A model generated the notes under the pieces. That model was not told the DNA's origin. It did not search any database and was given only the letters and a program-made list of their open reading frames with translations. DNA of 32,632 bases from a bacterium (lineage in GTDB: Bacteria; Eisenbacteria; RBG-16-71-46), in the NCBI GenBank assembly GCA_043779265.1, contig JAYWEM010000173.1:1-32632 (forward strand), read 5' to 3'. Below are positions 17,577 through 26,329 of this stretch, one piece after another (position 1 is the first letter of the stretch; every line of letters begins with the position of its first letter). Both the position numbers and the translations under genes were made by a program.

Positions 17577-19019
17577 ATGCCTCCGCGTGCCCTGCTCCCG
17601 CTCGTCCATCCGCTCGAACTCGGCCGCTCGCTGGCGCCGCTGCGTGCGCTGACGCGCCTGCGCCACCCGTTCCTGCTGCACTCGGCGCTGCCCGATCACG
17701 ATGGCGTGAAGCCGAGGCGGGCCCGCTGGAGCTTCTTCGGCGCCGATCCGTTCGCCGTGTTCCGCGGCGGCGACCAGGCCGACGCGATCGCGGCGTTCCG
17801 CCGCTTCGCGGCCACCGCGCCGATGCCCGACGAGGCCGTGCTCGGCACGCACGCGCCGTTCTGGGGCGGGGCGGTCGGCTACTGGGCCTACGACTACGGC
17901 CGCCGACTCGAGAAGCTGCCCGAGATCGCGCAGGACGACACCGGCCTGCCCGACTTCGTCCTCGCACTCTATGATGTGGTGGGCGCCTACGATCACGACA
18001 CCTGCGAAGCGTGGCTGATCTCGACCGGCATGCCGTTCCAGGGCGCCGATGCGCTGCAGCGCGCCAAGGAGCGCCTGATCCAGTTCCGCACCCGCCTCGA
18101 GAGCGCGCCGCTCCATGCGGCACCGATCGAGATGCCGGGCGTCGGGCCGGTCACGTCCTGCACGTTCACGCCCGAGGGTTATCGACGGGCGGTCGAGTCC
18201 GTTCGAGCGCACATCGCCAAGGGCGACTTGTTCCAGGCCAATCTCTCTCAGCGCTGGACGGTGCCGGTGCCGAACGCGGCGAGTCGCTCGCTCGAGCTGT
18301 ACGAGGCGTTGGTGTTCCACTCTCCCGCTCCCTCGGCTGCCTTCCTCCACCACGGCGACCATGCGGTGATCTCGGCCAGTCCCGAACGATTCCTCGAGCT
18401 GCGTGGCAAGCATGTCGAGACGCGCCCCATCAAGGGCACGCGTCCGCGCGGCCAGACGACCGAGGACGACCAGCGTCTCGCCGCCGAGTTGCTGGCGAGC
18501 GAGAAGGACCGCGCCGAGAACGTGATGATCGTGGATGTGGCCCGCAACGATCTGGGGCGCGTGTGCGACACCGGAACCGTGACCGCGACCGAGGTATGCA
18601 CGCTCGAGAGCTTCGCCCAGGTGCATCACCTGGTGTCCGCGATCAGCGGCCGGCTTCGGGACGACTTGGACGCGTTCGACCTGCTGCACGCCTGCTTCCC
18701 CGGCGCCTCGATCACCGGCGCCCCCAAGATCCGGGCGATGGAGCTGATCGATTCGATCGAGCCTGTGCGGCGGCACGTGTACTGCGGCGCCATCGGATGG
18801 ATGGGATGGGATGGCGATGCCGACTGGAACATCGCGATCCGCACCGCGGTCGCCTCGGGCGACAGGCTGCGGTTCTCGGCCGGTGGCGGCGTGACCGCCG
18901 ACAGCGACCCCGACGCCGAGTACCGAGAGACACTCGACAAGGCCGAGGGCCTGCGTGCCGCGTTCTCGAGCGTGCTCGGCGAGTTGAGTCTGACTCCCGA
19001 GATGGAGCGCACTCGTTGA
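17577..19019 (+). CDS. pabB: Aminodeoxychorismate synthase component I
   Basis: ISASPERFL, TRPIKGTRPRG (the Lys of PIKGT distinguishes ADC synthase from PIAGT anthranilate synthase), KDRAENVMIVD, FPGASITGAPKIRAM, NIAIRT. Confidence 0.93.
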   Translation: MPPRALLPLVHPLELGRSLAPLRALTRLRHPFLLHSALPDHDGVKPRRARWSFFGADPFAVFRGGDQADAIAAFRRFAATAPMPDEAVLGTHAPFWGGAVGYWAYDYGRRLEKLPEIAQDDTGLPDFVLALYDVVGAYDHDTCEAWLISTGMPFQGADALQRAKERLIQFRTRLESAPLHAAPIEMPGVGPVTSCTFTPEGYRRAVESVRAHIAKGDLFQANLSQRWTVPVPNAASRSLELYEALVFHSPAPSAAFLHHGDHAVISASPERFLELRGKHVETRPIKGTRPRGQTTEDDQRLAAELLASEKDRAENVMIVDVARNDLGRVCDTGTVTATEVCTLESFAQVHHLVSAISGRLRDDLDAFDLLHACFPGASITGAPKIRAMELIDSIEPVRRHVYCGAIGWMGWDGDADWNIAIRTAVASGDRLRFSAGGGVTADSDPDAEYRETLDKAEGLRAAFSSVLGELSLTPEMERTR

Positions 19020-19882
19020 GTCTGGCGCTGCCCCCCGGCACGCGCGTGCCGGATCGCACCGTGTGGCTCAATGGCCGCCTGGTGAGCGGTGTGGACGCGG
19101 CGCTCAGTGTGCATGACCGAGGCGCGCGCAATGGCGGCGGCATCTTCGAGACGCTGCGCTGTGCGGGCGGGCGGCCGCTCGAGTGGCAGCGCCACATGGA
19201 GCGGCTCGTGCTCTCGGCCGCCGAACTCGGCTTCCCGGTGCCGCCGGGCCCCGCAATCTTACATACCGCGGTGGCCGAACTGCTCGCGGCGCTCAAGCTG
19301 ACCGACGCCGTCGTGCGCATCACCGTGACGCGCGGCATCGCGGGTGGCCGGCCGACGCGCACCGGTTGTTGGGTCGAGGCCGAGCCGCTCTCCGGTCGAC
19401 TGTGGAAGGGCACGCGCGCCGGAGCCGGCACCGCCGTGATCCTGCCGCACGCGTTCTCCCCCGGCTGGATCGGCCGCCACAAGACGACGAGCCGTCTCGC
19501 CTGGGACCTCGCCCGCGAGTTCGCGCGCGCCGAGGGCGTCGACGAGACCCTGCTGATCGATCGGGACGGCTTCTTGTTGGAAGGCGGCGCGAGCAACGTG
19601 TTCGCCGTGATCGACGGCAGCCTTCGCACGCCGCCTCTGGGCCGCGACGTGCTGCCCGGCATCGCGCGCGCCATCGTGCTGCAACTCTGCGGCGACCTCG
19701 CGATCGACTGCCGCGCGTCCGATGTGACGGCCGATGAGCTCTCGCGCGCCGACCAAGTGTTCGTCACCAACTCGGTGCAGGAAGTGCTGCCGCTGGCGGC
19801 GCTCCAGGGGCGGGTGCTTCCGTCGCGATCACTGGGCGAGAGGCTGCGCGCGGCGTATCGGGAGCGGGCTCGCTCCCTCTAG
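19016..19882 (+). CDS. pabC: Class IV PLP aminotransferase / 4-amino-4-deoxychorismate lyase
   Basis: TTG overlaps the pabB stop. LSVHDRG, GIFETLR, HMERL, catalytic Lys in HKTTS, EGGASNVF, LPGIAR, VFVTNS. The pabC call rests on adjacency to pabB. Confidence 0.75.
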   Translation: MSLALPPGTRVPDRTVWLNGRLVSGVDAALSVHDRGARNGGGIFETLRCAGGRPLEWQRHMERLVLSAAELGFPVPPGPAILHTAVAELLAALKLTDAVVRITVTRGIAGGRPTRTGCWVEAEPLSGRLWKGTRAGAGTAVILPHAFSPGWIGRHKTTSRLAWDLAREFARAEGVDETLLIDRDGFLLEGGASNVFAVIDGSLRTPPLGRDVLPGIARAIVLQLCGDLAIDCRASDVTADELSRADQVFVTNSVQEVLPLAALQGRVLPSRSLGERLRAAYRERARSL

Positions 19883-19906
19883 AGGCTCGCGGAGCCCAAC
19901 CGGTTG

Positions 19907-20425
19907 CTAGCTCCCACCAGCGGCCCATCGGGACCACTCGCGGGCGCAGTCCGGAACCAGGTCCGACTCGCTGCGCACACGGCTCCACTCCAGCATCGAC
20001 TCCTGTCGTGCCGCCTCGGTGCACAGGCGTGTGCCGAGAGGCTCGATCCCCACCCGCCAGAGATCCAGGCGGTCGGCGTCCCAACAGGTCTGGACCGTCG
20101 GATCCCCCTGGGTCCGCCCGTCCGTGTGATGGCGACATGCGATGGCCAGCAGTTGGAGCTGCGCGTCCGAGACGTCGAGGAGCGGTCTCATCTCGAACGC
20201 GAGTTCGGCGCCTCGGCCACCATGCCCTGGGTCGGAGTGCTCGTTCCACCTCCGAGCATCGTGGAACACCGCGAAGAGGCGGACCACGGCCGGGTCGGCT
20301 CCCGTGCTCCCGTCGAGCCGCAGGCCCGTCTCGAGGACCCGGCCCCAATGAGCGAGGCCGTGGAGTCCCATGCCCGGCAGTTCGTAGTCCACGAGGATCC
20401 GCTGCATGACCTCGGGACGGATCAT
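19907..20425 (-). CDS. HD-domain metal-dependent phosphohydrolase (172 aa)
   Basis: HGLAHWGRV, FHDARR, HHTDG, CWDADRLD. Start overlaps the luxR stop (ATGA). Confidence 0.85.
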   Translation of the reverse strand: MIRPEVMQRILVDYELPGMGLHGLAHWGRVLETGLRLDGSTGADPAVVRLFAVFHDARRWNEHSDPGHGGRGAELAFEMRPLLDVSDAQLQLLAIACRHHTDGRTQGDPTVQTCWDADRLDLWRVGIEPLGTRLCTEAARQESMLEWSRVRSESDLVPDCAREWSRWAAGGS

Positions 20426-20973
20426 CGGACGTCCTCCGGATCACCTTCACGCACGCGCTCGGCGGGCAGCATGAGATCGTCGAGGAAATAGGCCGAGAGT
20501 TCTGCGCGGCCGGCGAGCCCGGACTTGCGATACACGGCGATGGCGTGTTGTCGCACGGTGCGCTCGCTGCGTCCTCCGACCTGTGCGACCTCCTTGTGGC
20601 TCAGGCCCTTGAGCAGCATCAGCGCGGTCTCCTTCTCAACTGGAGTCAGTTGCCAGCGCGTGAGCTGCTCGTCGATGGCGACTCCGAGCCCCGCGAGGGC
20701 CGTCTCGGCGCGCCGTCGCCAGATGTCGCGCTCGCTCTCGCGCTGACTCAGGGCCTCGCGCACACGTGCAAGCGAGCCTTCGGCCCTGACCCACGCCCGC
20801 CCGAGCCACGCGGCCGATCCCAGACACAACACCACGAACCCCACCTCCAGCCACAGGTGCGGATCGTGCAGCCGCATCGGCCGATCGAGTGCGAGGTCGG
20901 CGATCGCCAACGTCGCGATGAGCAGCAGTAGCCCCGCGAGCCACAGGGGCGGCCGATCGGTTCCGGCGTTCAT
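20422..20973 (-). CDS. Membrane-anchored LuxR/FixJ-family HTH transcriptional regulator
   Basis: Two N-terminal TM helices, a coiled coil, then LTPVEKETALMLLKGLSHKEVAQVGGRSERTVRQHAIAVYRKSG. Confidence 0.9.
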   Translation of the reverse strand: MNAGTDRPPLWLAGLLLLIATLAIADLALDRPMRLHDPHLWLEVGFVVLCLGSAAWLGRAWVRAEGSLARVREALSQRESERDIWRRRAETALAGLGVAIDEQLTRWQLTPVEKETALMLLKGLSHKEVAQVGGRSERTVRQHAIAVYRKSGLAGRAELSAYFLDDLMLPAERVREGDPEDVR

Positions 20974-21132
20974 GCGGACCTCCGTCGGATGACGGACCTC
21001 CCTCGGGACAACGAGTTACCGGGGCCGACTCCGCCATCTGCTCGATTGCAGCCGAAGCGGAACGGCGGACACTGAGCGTGGAACATGGACCCACGCCCCA
21101 CGGGGCGCCACCCTCACATCAGGAGGACTCTC

Positions 21133-21624
21133 ATGAACGCCAGTCGACGTCTGCTGCTTCGAGCCGGAATCACGCTCGCTGGCCTGTTCGCCTTCATCCA
21201 GTTGGTGCCCTACGGGCGCTCACATGCGAACCCGCCCGTCACCGGAACCCCCGCCTGGGACTCGCCACGGACCGAGGAACTGGCTCGTCGCGCCTGCTAT
21301 GACTGCCACAGCAACGATACCAAGTGGCCGTGGTACTCGACCATCGCCCCGCTCTCGTGGCGCATCCAGAAGCATGTCGAGGAGGGTCGCGGCAAGTTCA
21401 ACATCTCGGCCATGGACCGGCCCCAGGAGGAAGCCGGGGAAGCGGCGGAGACGGTCGAGAAAGGCGAGATGCCGCCATTCGACTACCTGCTCGCGCACCC
21501 CGAGGCGCGCCTGAGTGCCGCCGAGAAGCAGGACCTGATCCGCGGGCTCACGGCCACGTTCGGCAGCGAGGAAAGCGGCAAGGGCAAGGGTGAGCGGCGG
21601 GATCGGGCTCGTGGCGCGGAGTGA
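21133..21624 (+). CDS. Haem-binding (Haem_bd-type) monohaem cytochrome c protein, 163 aa
   Basis: SD AGGAGG; N-terminal TM/signal; [16 protein letters not shown] (CxxCH); distal GEMPP...[11 protein letters not shown]. Confidence 0.88.
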   Translation: MNASRRLLLRAGITLAGLFAFIQLVPYGRSHANPPVTGTPAWDSPRTEELARRACYDCHSNDTKWPWYSTIAPLSWRIQKHVEEGRGKFNISAMDRPQEEAGEAAETVEKGEMPPFDYLLAHPEARLSAAEKQDLIRGLTATFGSEESGKGKGERRDRARGAE

Positions 21625-21770
21625 GTCGCGCTGCGCCTCGCACGTCGCCTCACCCACCGGCTGCGCGCAATCGCCCACGGCTGTCGCGCGCCCGCGACAC
21701 GGACCCGGCCCGAACACTCAAGAACCCCGCCTCTGCACCCGAAACTCGAAGGGAGGCATGCGGCTCGGGG

Positions 21771-21786
21771 TGGCACGTGCTATGCA
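21771..21786 (+). promoter_or_regulatory. Putative sigma54 promoter upstream of the FrsA-like hydrolase
   Basis: TGGCACG-TGCT-ATGCA, one mismatch to TGGCACG-N4-TTGCW. Confidence 0.5.
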
Positions 21787-21851
21787 GTGAGTCTCAGGTG
21801 AGGCAATCGTCCACTCGGCCGCGCACGGCCATCCTCCAGCGAGGCGCTCCA

Positions 21852-23252
21852 TTGCACGTCAAGACCGGAAGGCTCGACACGCTGGTGCCGCACATGCTCC
21901 GGAGTCAGTTCCTCCGGCCGGGATTCGTGCGCCTGTCGCTGCAGCTCGGAGTCGCGCGGGCGATGCCGGCGTGGGCCAAGCTCCAGTTCATCCATCACGG
22001 CGTTCATCCCGACGATCTCGAGTGGGTGCTCGGCCGCATCGACGGCCTCGAGTCGTGGGCCGACCAGTGGGAGACGCTCGGCCGCCGCCGCGAGCGTGCC
22101 GGCATGACCGCCATGGAGGCGGGACGGATCGAGGAGGCGCGCGACCACCTGCTGGCCGCCAGCGCCGCCTACAATTTCTCGCAGTACGTTCTGTTCCTGG
22201 ATCCCTCGCGCAAGGATGTGCTGCACGCCTCGTGCGTGCGCACGTACAGCTTGGCCGCGGCGCACTTCGATCCGCCCGCGGTGCCGTTCCACGTGCCGTT
22301 CCACGGCCGCACGCTGAAGGGCTACCTGCGCGTGCCCGCCGGTGACGGGCCGCGTCCGGTCGTGGTGCTGTTCCATGGCACCAACGCCGTGAAGGAGGAG
22401 CTGCACTGGTGGGGCGAGGCGCTCGTGCGTCGCGGCATCGCCGTCGTCGCCTTCGACGGCCCCGGCCTCGGCGAGACGTTCCACCGCCTGGCGCACGTCG
22501 CCGAGCCGCGTCCGATGGGCGTCGCGATCGTGAACCACATCGAGACCATCCCCGAGCTGGACCCCGACGCCGTCGCGTTCATGGGCCTCTCGCTCGGCGG
22601 CTACTGCGTCATCCGCATGGCCGCGCACGACAAGCGCATCCGCGCCGTGGCCGCCATCAGCCCGCCCTACTCGGCCGATGTCTACTGGGACGTCACGCTC
22701 TCCTCGCTGCGCACCGAACTGGCCGCGCTCTACTCGATGAAGGTCGAGGAGATGGAGAAGCACATCCCGCGCATCACGCTCGAGGACGCGCTGCCCGATT
22801 TGACCTGCCCGTTGATGCTGGCGAGCGGCGGACACGACATCATCACACCGCCCGAGGAGGCGCAGCGGATCTTCGCCGCCGCCCGGTGCGAGCGCGAGCT
22901 GATCTACTACCCGCGCGGCGCGCACGACTGCTTCAACGTGCTGGGCGATCTCCGGCCGCGCATGATCGGCTGGCTCAGCAAGCAGCTGTCGCGGCACCAC
23001 GCACCCGCGCCGCGCCCCAAGCGCGCCGCCGCGTTGCGGACCGATCAGGCGTGGCTGGCCGCCGAGGCCGTCGATCCCGATTTCGCCGACGAGCTGCGCG
23101 GCGAGATCCATGGTCCCGAGTGGCACGCCGTGGACCAGCCGCAGAACCTCGCGGCCCGTTTCCGCTGGCCGTGGGCGATGGAGAGTGATGTCGAGGTGAT
23201 CCGACAGGTCGGCCGCACCGACCGCCGCCTCACGGTCGATAGCGCGACCTGA
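21852..23252 (+). CDS. Alpha/beta hydrolase, FrsA/DUF1100 or 2,6-dihydropseudooxynicotine hydrolase-like (start TTG 21852 or ATG 21894)
   Basis: Helical N-terminal domain; LKGYLRVP, FDGPGLGE, nucleophile GLSLGGY, acid in GGHDII, His in GAHDC. Confidence 0.85.
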   Translation: MHVKTGRLDTLVPHMLRSQFLRPGFVRLSLQLGVARAMPAWAKLQFIHHGVHPDDLEWVLGRIDGLESWADQWETLGRRRERAGMTAMEAGRIEEARDHLLAASAAYNFSQYVLFLDPSRKDVLHASCVRTYSLAAAHFDPPAVPFHVPFHGRTLKGYLRVPAGDGPRPVVVLFHGTNAVKEELHWWGEALVRRGIAVVAFDGPGLGETFHRLAHVAEPRPMGVAIVNHIETIPELDPDAVAFMGLSLGGYCVIRMAAHDKRIRAVAAISPPYSADVYWDVTLSSLRTELAALYSMKVEEMEKHIPRITLEDALPDLTCPLMLASGGHDIITPPEEAQRIFAAARCERELIYYPRGAHDCFNVLGDLRPRMIGWLSKQLSRHHAPAPRPKRAAALRTDQAWLAAEAVDPDFADELRGEIHGPEWHAVDQPQNLAARFRWPWAMESDVEVIRQVGRTDRRLTVDSAT

Positions 23253-23258
23253 GCGCGA

Positions 23259-23291
23259 GCTTCGTCTCGGTACGCTCGCCGAGTCCGAAGC
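23259..23291. terminator. Imperfect hairpin between convergent genes
   Basis: GCTTCG-t-CTCGG...CCGAG-tc-CGAAGC between the stops at 23252 and 23306. Confidence 0.35.
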
Positions 23292-23305
23292 CGATCGCTT
23301 TCGCT

Positions 23306-24562
23306 TCAAGCGACGGCACTCGCCTGCCGTGGGCTCAGTCGATATCGCGCCCGCGCCAGCCCTGACCGCGCGACACGCAGGCGCTGCTCGATCGAGGCAT
23401 CGCCCAACTCCTCGCACATCGCCGCACCGCGCCGAGCCTCGTCCTTGCGAAAGCCCATTTGCCGGAGCCAGGGGATCACGTCCTCACGCTCGCACGCTTG
23501 CGGCTCGACTGGCCCCGGGGCCAGTGCGGGTGCCGCTCGCTCGACTTCACGGCGCTCGGGACGGGCGACCTTGCGCGCCATGAACCCGGCGCCGAACACG
23601 CGATCGGCCTCGTGCCGATTGTGCGCGCTGCATAGTAGTCGGAGGTTCGCCGCCGTGGATTCGCCGCCTCGCGCCACTGGCGTCACGTGGTCGAACTGGA
23701 GCCGGGTGCGCGAGGGGCAGCGCTCGCCCGAGTCGCTCTTGAACGCGCACTGCCGTCCGTCGCGCAGCAGAACCTCTCGGCGCACCTCGGCGGGCACGTA
23801 TCGACCCTTCGGCTTGCCGCGGCGCACGCGCGTGCGCGATGAGGCGGCGAAGACCCGCTTCTCCTCGACTTCCACCAACTTGGCCAATGCGCGCTTGAGC
23901 ACTAGCGCGATGTTGCCGGAGGGAATCGCGTGACCGAGAAGTTCCTGGGCCATCCGCAGGAGCGAGTGGGTCTCCTCATCGAGCGTCAGGCGCAGTTCGT
24001 ATCGTCCGGGTGAGAGCGGGGCGACCATCGGACGAGGGGGTGCAGGCGGCGAAATCACCTGCCCCGGGGCAGGTGAGAGAGTGCTCGCAAGAGTCGGTAT
24101 CGAGGCCAGGCCCTCGGTCGCGCAGATGGTGGCCAAGGCTCGCACGCTCTCCGGGACGTCGGCGCGAGGGAATCGCTCGGCGAGGAGCAGCGAGATCTCG
24201 CTCTTGGTCTTGCCGCTGGAGGCTTCGAGAAGTTCCGCGGAGTTCCGGCTCGTGAGATGCGGAGCCAGCATCACGACTGCGCTCACGTGCAGGCGACCGT
24301 CTGCGATCGCGTCGATGATCGACGGGAAGTCGCGTGCGGCGCGAGCCGCCTGGCAGCGCTTGAAGGCCGTGTCCTCGGACATGTGCAGTTCGCGCACACA
24401 GTAGAGGTGCATCGACGGGAAGCCAGCCGGAAGGTAGAGGCGACGGGCATCGAACTCGGCGATGTGCACGAGCAGTTCCGCTGTCGAGGCGCGATTGCGC
24501 GCGGATGCAGCGATGAGGGCTTGACGAAGCACATGATCCGCAAGATGCGAGAGCAAGCGCAT
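23306..24562 (-). CDS. DUF222-like HNH endonuclease with a C-terminal RuvA domain-III-like module (418 aa)
   Basis: N-terminal helical region LLVHIAEFDARRLY..AGFPSMHLYCVRELHMSE; HNH/Zn finger RDGRQCAF...RC...FDHVTPVARGGESTAANLRLLCSAHN; C-terminal DVIPWLRQMGFRKDEARR...DASIEQRLRVA. Confidence 0.85.
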   Translation of the reverse strand: MRLLSHLADHVLRQALIAASARNRASTAELLVHIAEFDARRLYLPAGFPSMHLYCVRELHMSEDTAFKRCQAARAARDFPSIIDAIADGRLHVSAVVMLAPHLTSRNSAELLEASSGKTKSEISLLLAERFPRADVPESVRALATICATEGLASIPTLASTLSPAPGQVISPPAPPRPMVAPLSPGRYELRLTLDEETHSLLRMAQELLGHAIPSGNIALVLKRALAKLVEVEEKRVFAASSRTRVRRGKPKGRYVPAEVRREVLLRDGRQCAFKSDSGERCPSRTRLQFDHVTPVARGGESTAANLRLLCSAHNRHEADRVFGAGFMARKVARPERREVERAAPALAPGPVEPQACEREDVIPWLRQMGFRKDEARRGAAMCEELGDASIEQRLRVARSGLARARYRLSPRQASAVA

Positions 24563-24834
24563 GGCAGGTATCCGCGGGGGCGAGTCGCGGGGGCGCATGC
24601 CCTTCATATCATGGGCGTTCGCGGCGCTCGTGGGCGGCTGTCAGCCGCCGAACGCAAGGGTTCGAGGGAACTCGCGAGCAATCGCCCGCGCGGCTCGTTC
24701 CAGCGACGACTCTGCGCGCCTCGGCCGGCCTGCAGCCGGTCGCCGCGAGCATGGGCAAGACGCCGTCGACAACCCGTCAAGCGGAATGTTCTCGTCGAGG
24801 GTCGCGGGGCGTGAGCTCGGGACCCTCCCCCCCC

Positions 24835-25509
24835 TCACCGCCGATAGCGCGCCTTGATCGTGCCCCACGAGGCCGGACGGACCGAGGTCGTCGAGTCGGC
24901 CATCGTGTCGGACGACGTGTAGATGAAGTCGAAGTCGCCGGCCGAGTTGTCGCCATTGGCGGCATTGCCCCCGACATAGAACCCGACCGGGCCGACCGTG
25001 GTCGGCGGGGCCGTCCAGTCGAAACTCCACTCGATGGGTCCCGTGGCACCCTGGTTGTACCCGCTCGCATTGTGCGTCACGTAGTTGCGCGTCGGCCAGG
25101 GGTCGAATGGGTCGGCGACCTGGATCCTCAGCGAGTCGGGGCGCACGGTGAACGTGCCGGCGCCATCCCCGGTCAGCAGGCTCACGGCGGTCACCTCGAA
25201 TCCCCAGCGGCGATCGGGGAACTGGATCGTCGAGTCGCTCTCGAGCCGCACGCGCATGCGGTAGGTGAGCCCGGGGTTGAAGCTCTCGGGCAGGTCGAGG
25301 ATGCGAACCGAGCCGCCGGGAAGATTCAGTCGGACGTCGTTGCCCTGATGGCAGGCGGTGCAGTTCGACTCCTCGGGCAGTCCATTGATCGAGGGCGCCC
25401 CGGTGAATCCGGGCAGCGGGCCGTCGCGGAACGCGGGGTACGCGAAGGCGAGGGTGACGCCGGTGGCGAGCGCGGCGATGGCGATGATGGGGGGTAGCTT
25501 ACGGATCAT
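24835..25509 (-). CDS. Secreted reeler-like (choice-of-anchor V) protein with a short C-terminal SWGTIKARYRR tail (224 aa)
   Basis: Signal peptide ends AFA; GFTGAP...NCTACH; WGFEVTA; YVTHN; WSFDWTAP; FYVGGNAANGD...GDFDFIYT. Confidence 0.8.
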   Translation of the reverse strand: MIRKLPPIIAIAALATGVTLAFAYPAFRDGPLPGFTGAPSINGLPEESNCTACHQGNDVRLNLPGGSVRILDLPESFNPGLTYRMRVRLESDSTIQFPDRRWGFEVTAVSLLTGDGAGTFTVRPDSLRIQVADPFDPWPTRNYVTHNASGYNQGATGPIEWSFDWTAPPTTVGPVGFYVGGNAANGDNSAGDFDFIYTSSDTMADSTTSVRPASWGTIKARYRR

Positions 25510-25624
25510 GTCGGGAGCCTCGGCTGGAGTGCAGGCGGAACGCGGGCGGCGGACGCGCACCGGTCGTTCGAAGACCCGGGAGTGTAGCGAACCCCAGGGG
25601 TTGCGCGCCACGCGGCGCGTGGGG

Positions 25625-26329
25625 CTACCAAGGGATAGTGCGGGTCCGGGCCCGGTAGTCGCAGTGGCCGCACCGGGGGCCCGCGGGCGGCGGCTCCTCG
25701 GCCGACAGCACCGAAACGACCTCGGTCAGGAACGCCTCGAACGCGGCATCGTCGCGCTGGACCGGAACCCATTCGGGGTGGAAGCGGCCGTAGATCTCGG
25801 CGCTCTGGCGGCCACGCCGCATCTCGCGCGGCTCCAGTGCGAGCAGGCCGAGCGTGCCGATGGGGCCTTTCGAGAACGCGTGTTCGGCCGGACGCTCCAG
25901 GCACCACGCGTAGGCATGCAGCTGCCGACCGTAGCGCGCCGGACTCACCTCATGCGGCAGCGACGTCTTGAAGTCGATGACGCCCCAGCCGCCGTCGTCG
26001 AACGCGATCATCATGTCGAGTCGGCCCTTGAGCTCGACGGCGGAATCGGTGCCGGGCAGCGCGATGGCAGCGGACAGCACGTCCTGCTCGCCGTGTCGGA
26101 ACGTGCCCGGCGCGAGCACGCCCGGCAGCATGTCCTCGGTGCGCTGGCCGTCGAAGCTCGCAGCCTCGAGGTCGGCGAGCACGCCGAACACGCGTGGGAA
26201 TGGCGTGCGCGGGCGGCGCCAGTCCTTCGCCACCAGGAGCCAGTAGCAGCGGCGGCATTCCTCCCACAGGAAGTTGAAGTCGGAGGGGCGCAGCGTGAAC
26301 ACGCGGCGCGGCGCGGGCTCAGGGCTCAC
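25625..26329 (-). CDS. PD-(D/E)XK nuclease, Cas4/AddB-like, with paired CxxC metal ligands (234 aa)
   Basis: GTG overlaps the upstream stop. LRPSDFNFLWEECRRCYW; LKGRLDMM; VIDFKTS; YGRQLHAYAW (QxxxY); CGHCDY. Confidence 0.85.
   Translation of the reverse strand: MSPEPAPRRVFTLRPSDFNFLWEECRRCYWLLVAKDWRRPRTPFPRVFGVLADLEAASFDGQRTEDMLPGVLAPGTFRHGEQDVLSAAIALPGTDSAVELKGRLDMMIAFDDGGWGVIDFKTSLPHEVSPARYGRQLHAYAWCLERPAEHAFSKGPIGTLGLLALEPREMRRGRQSAEIYGRFHPEWVPVQRDDAAFEAFLTEVVSVLSAEEPPPAGPRCGHCDYRARTRTIPW

Noticed and set aside
23306..24562. IscB/Cas9-like or IS200/IS605 RNA-guided nuclease
   Set aside because: No PLMP motif, split RuvC motifs or adjacent TnpA; no convincing terminal repeats or target-site duplication (only an 8/10 GC-rich match at 23253 and 24809).
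25345..25365. CTACH in the reeler-like protein as evidence of a c-type cytochrome
   Set aside because: CxxCH is a regular feature at the start of this domain family and no cytochrome fold is otherwise evident. Haem attachment cannot be claimed from sequence alone.
25625..26329. CRISPR-Cas locus suggested by the Cas4-like nuclease
   Set aside because: No repeat-spacer array and no cas1/cas2 or effector genes in the window.
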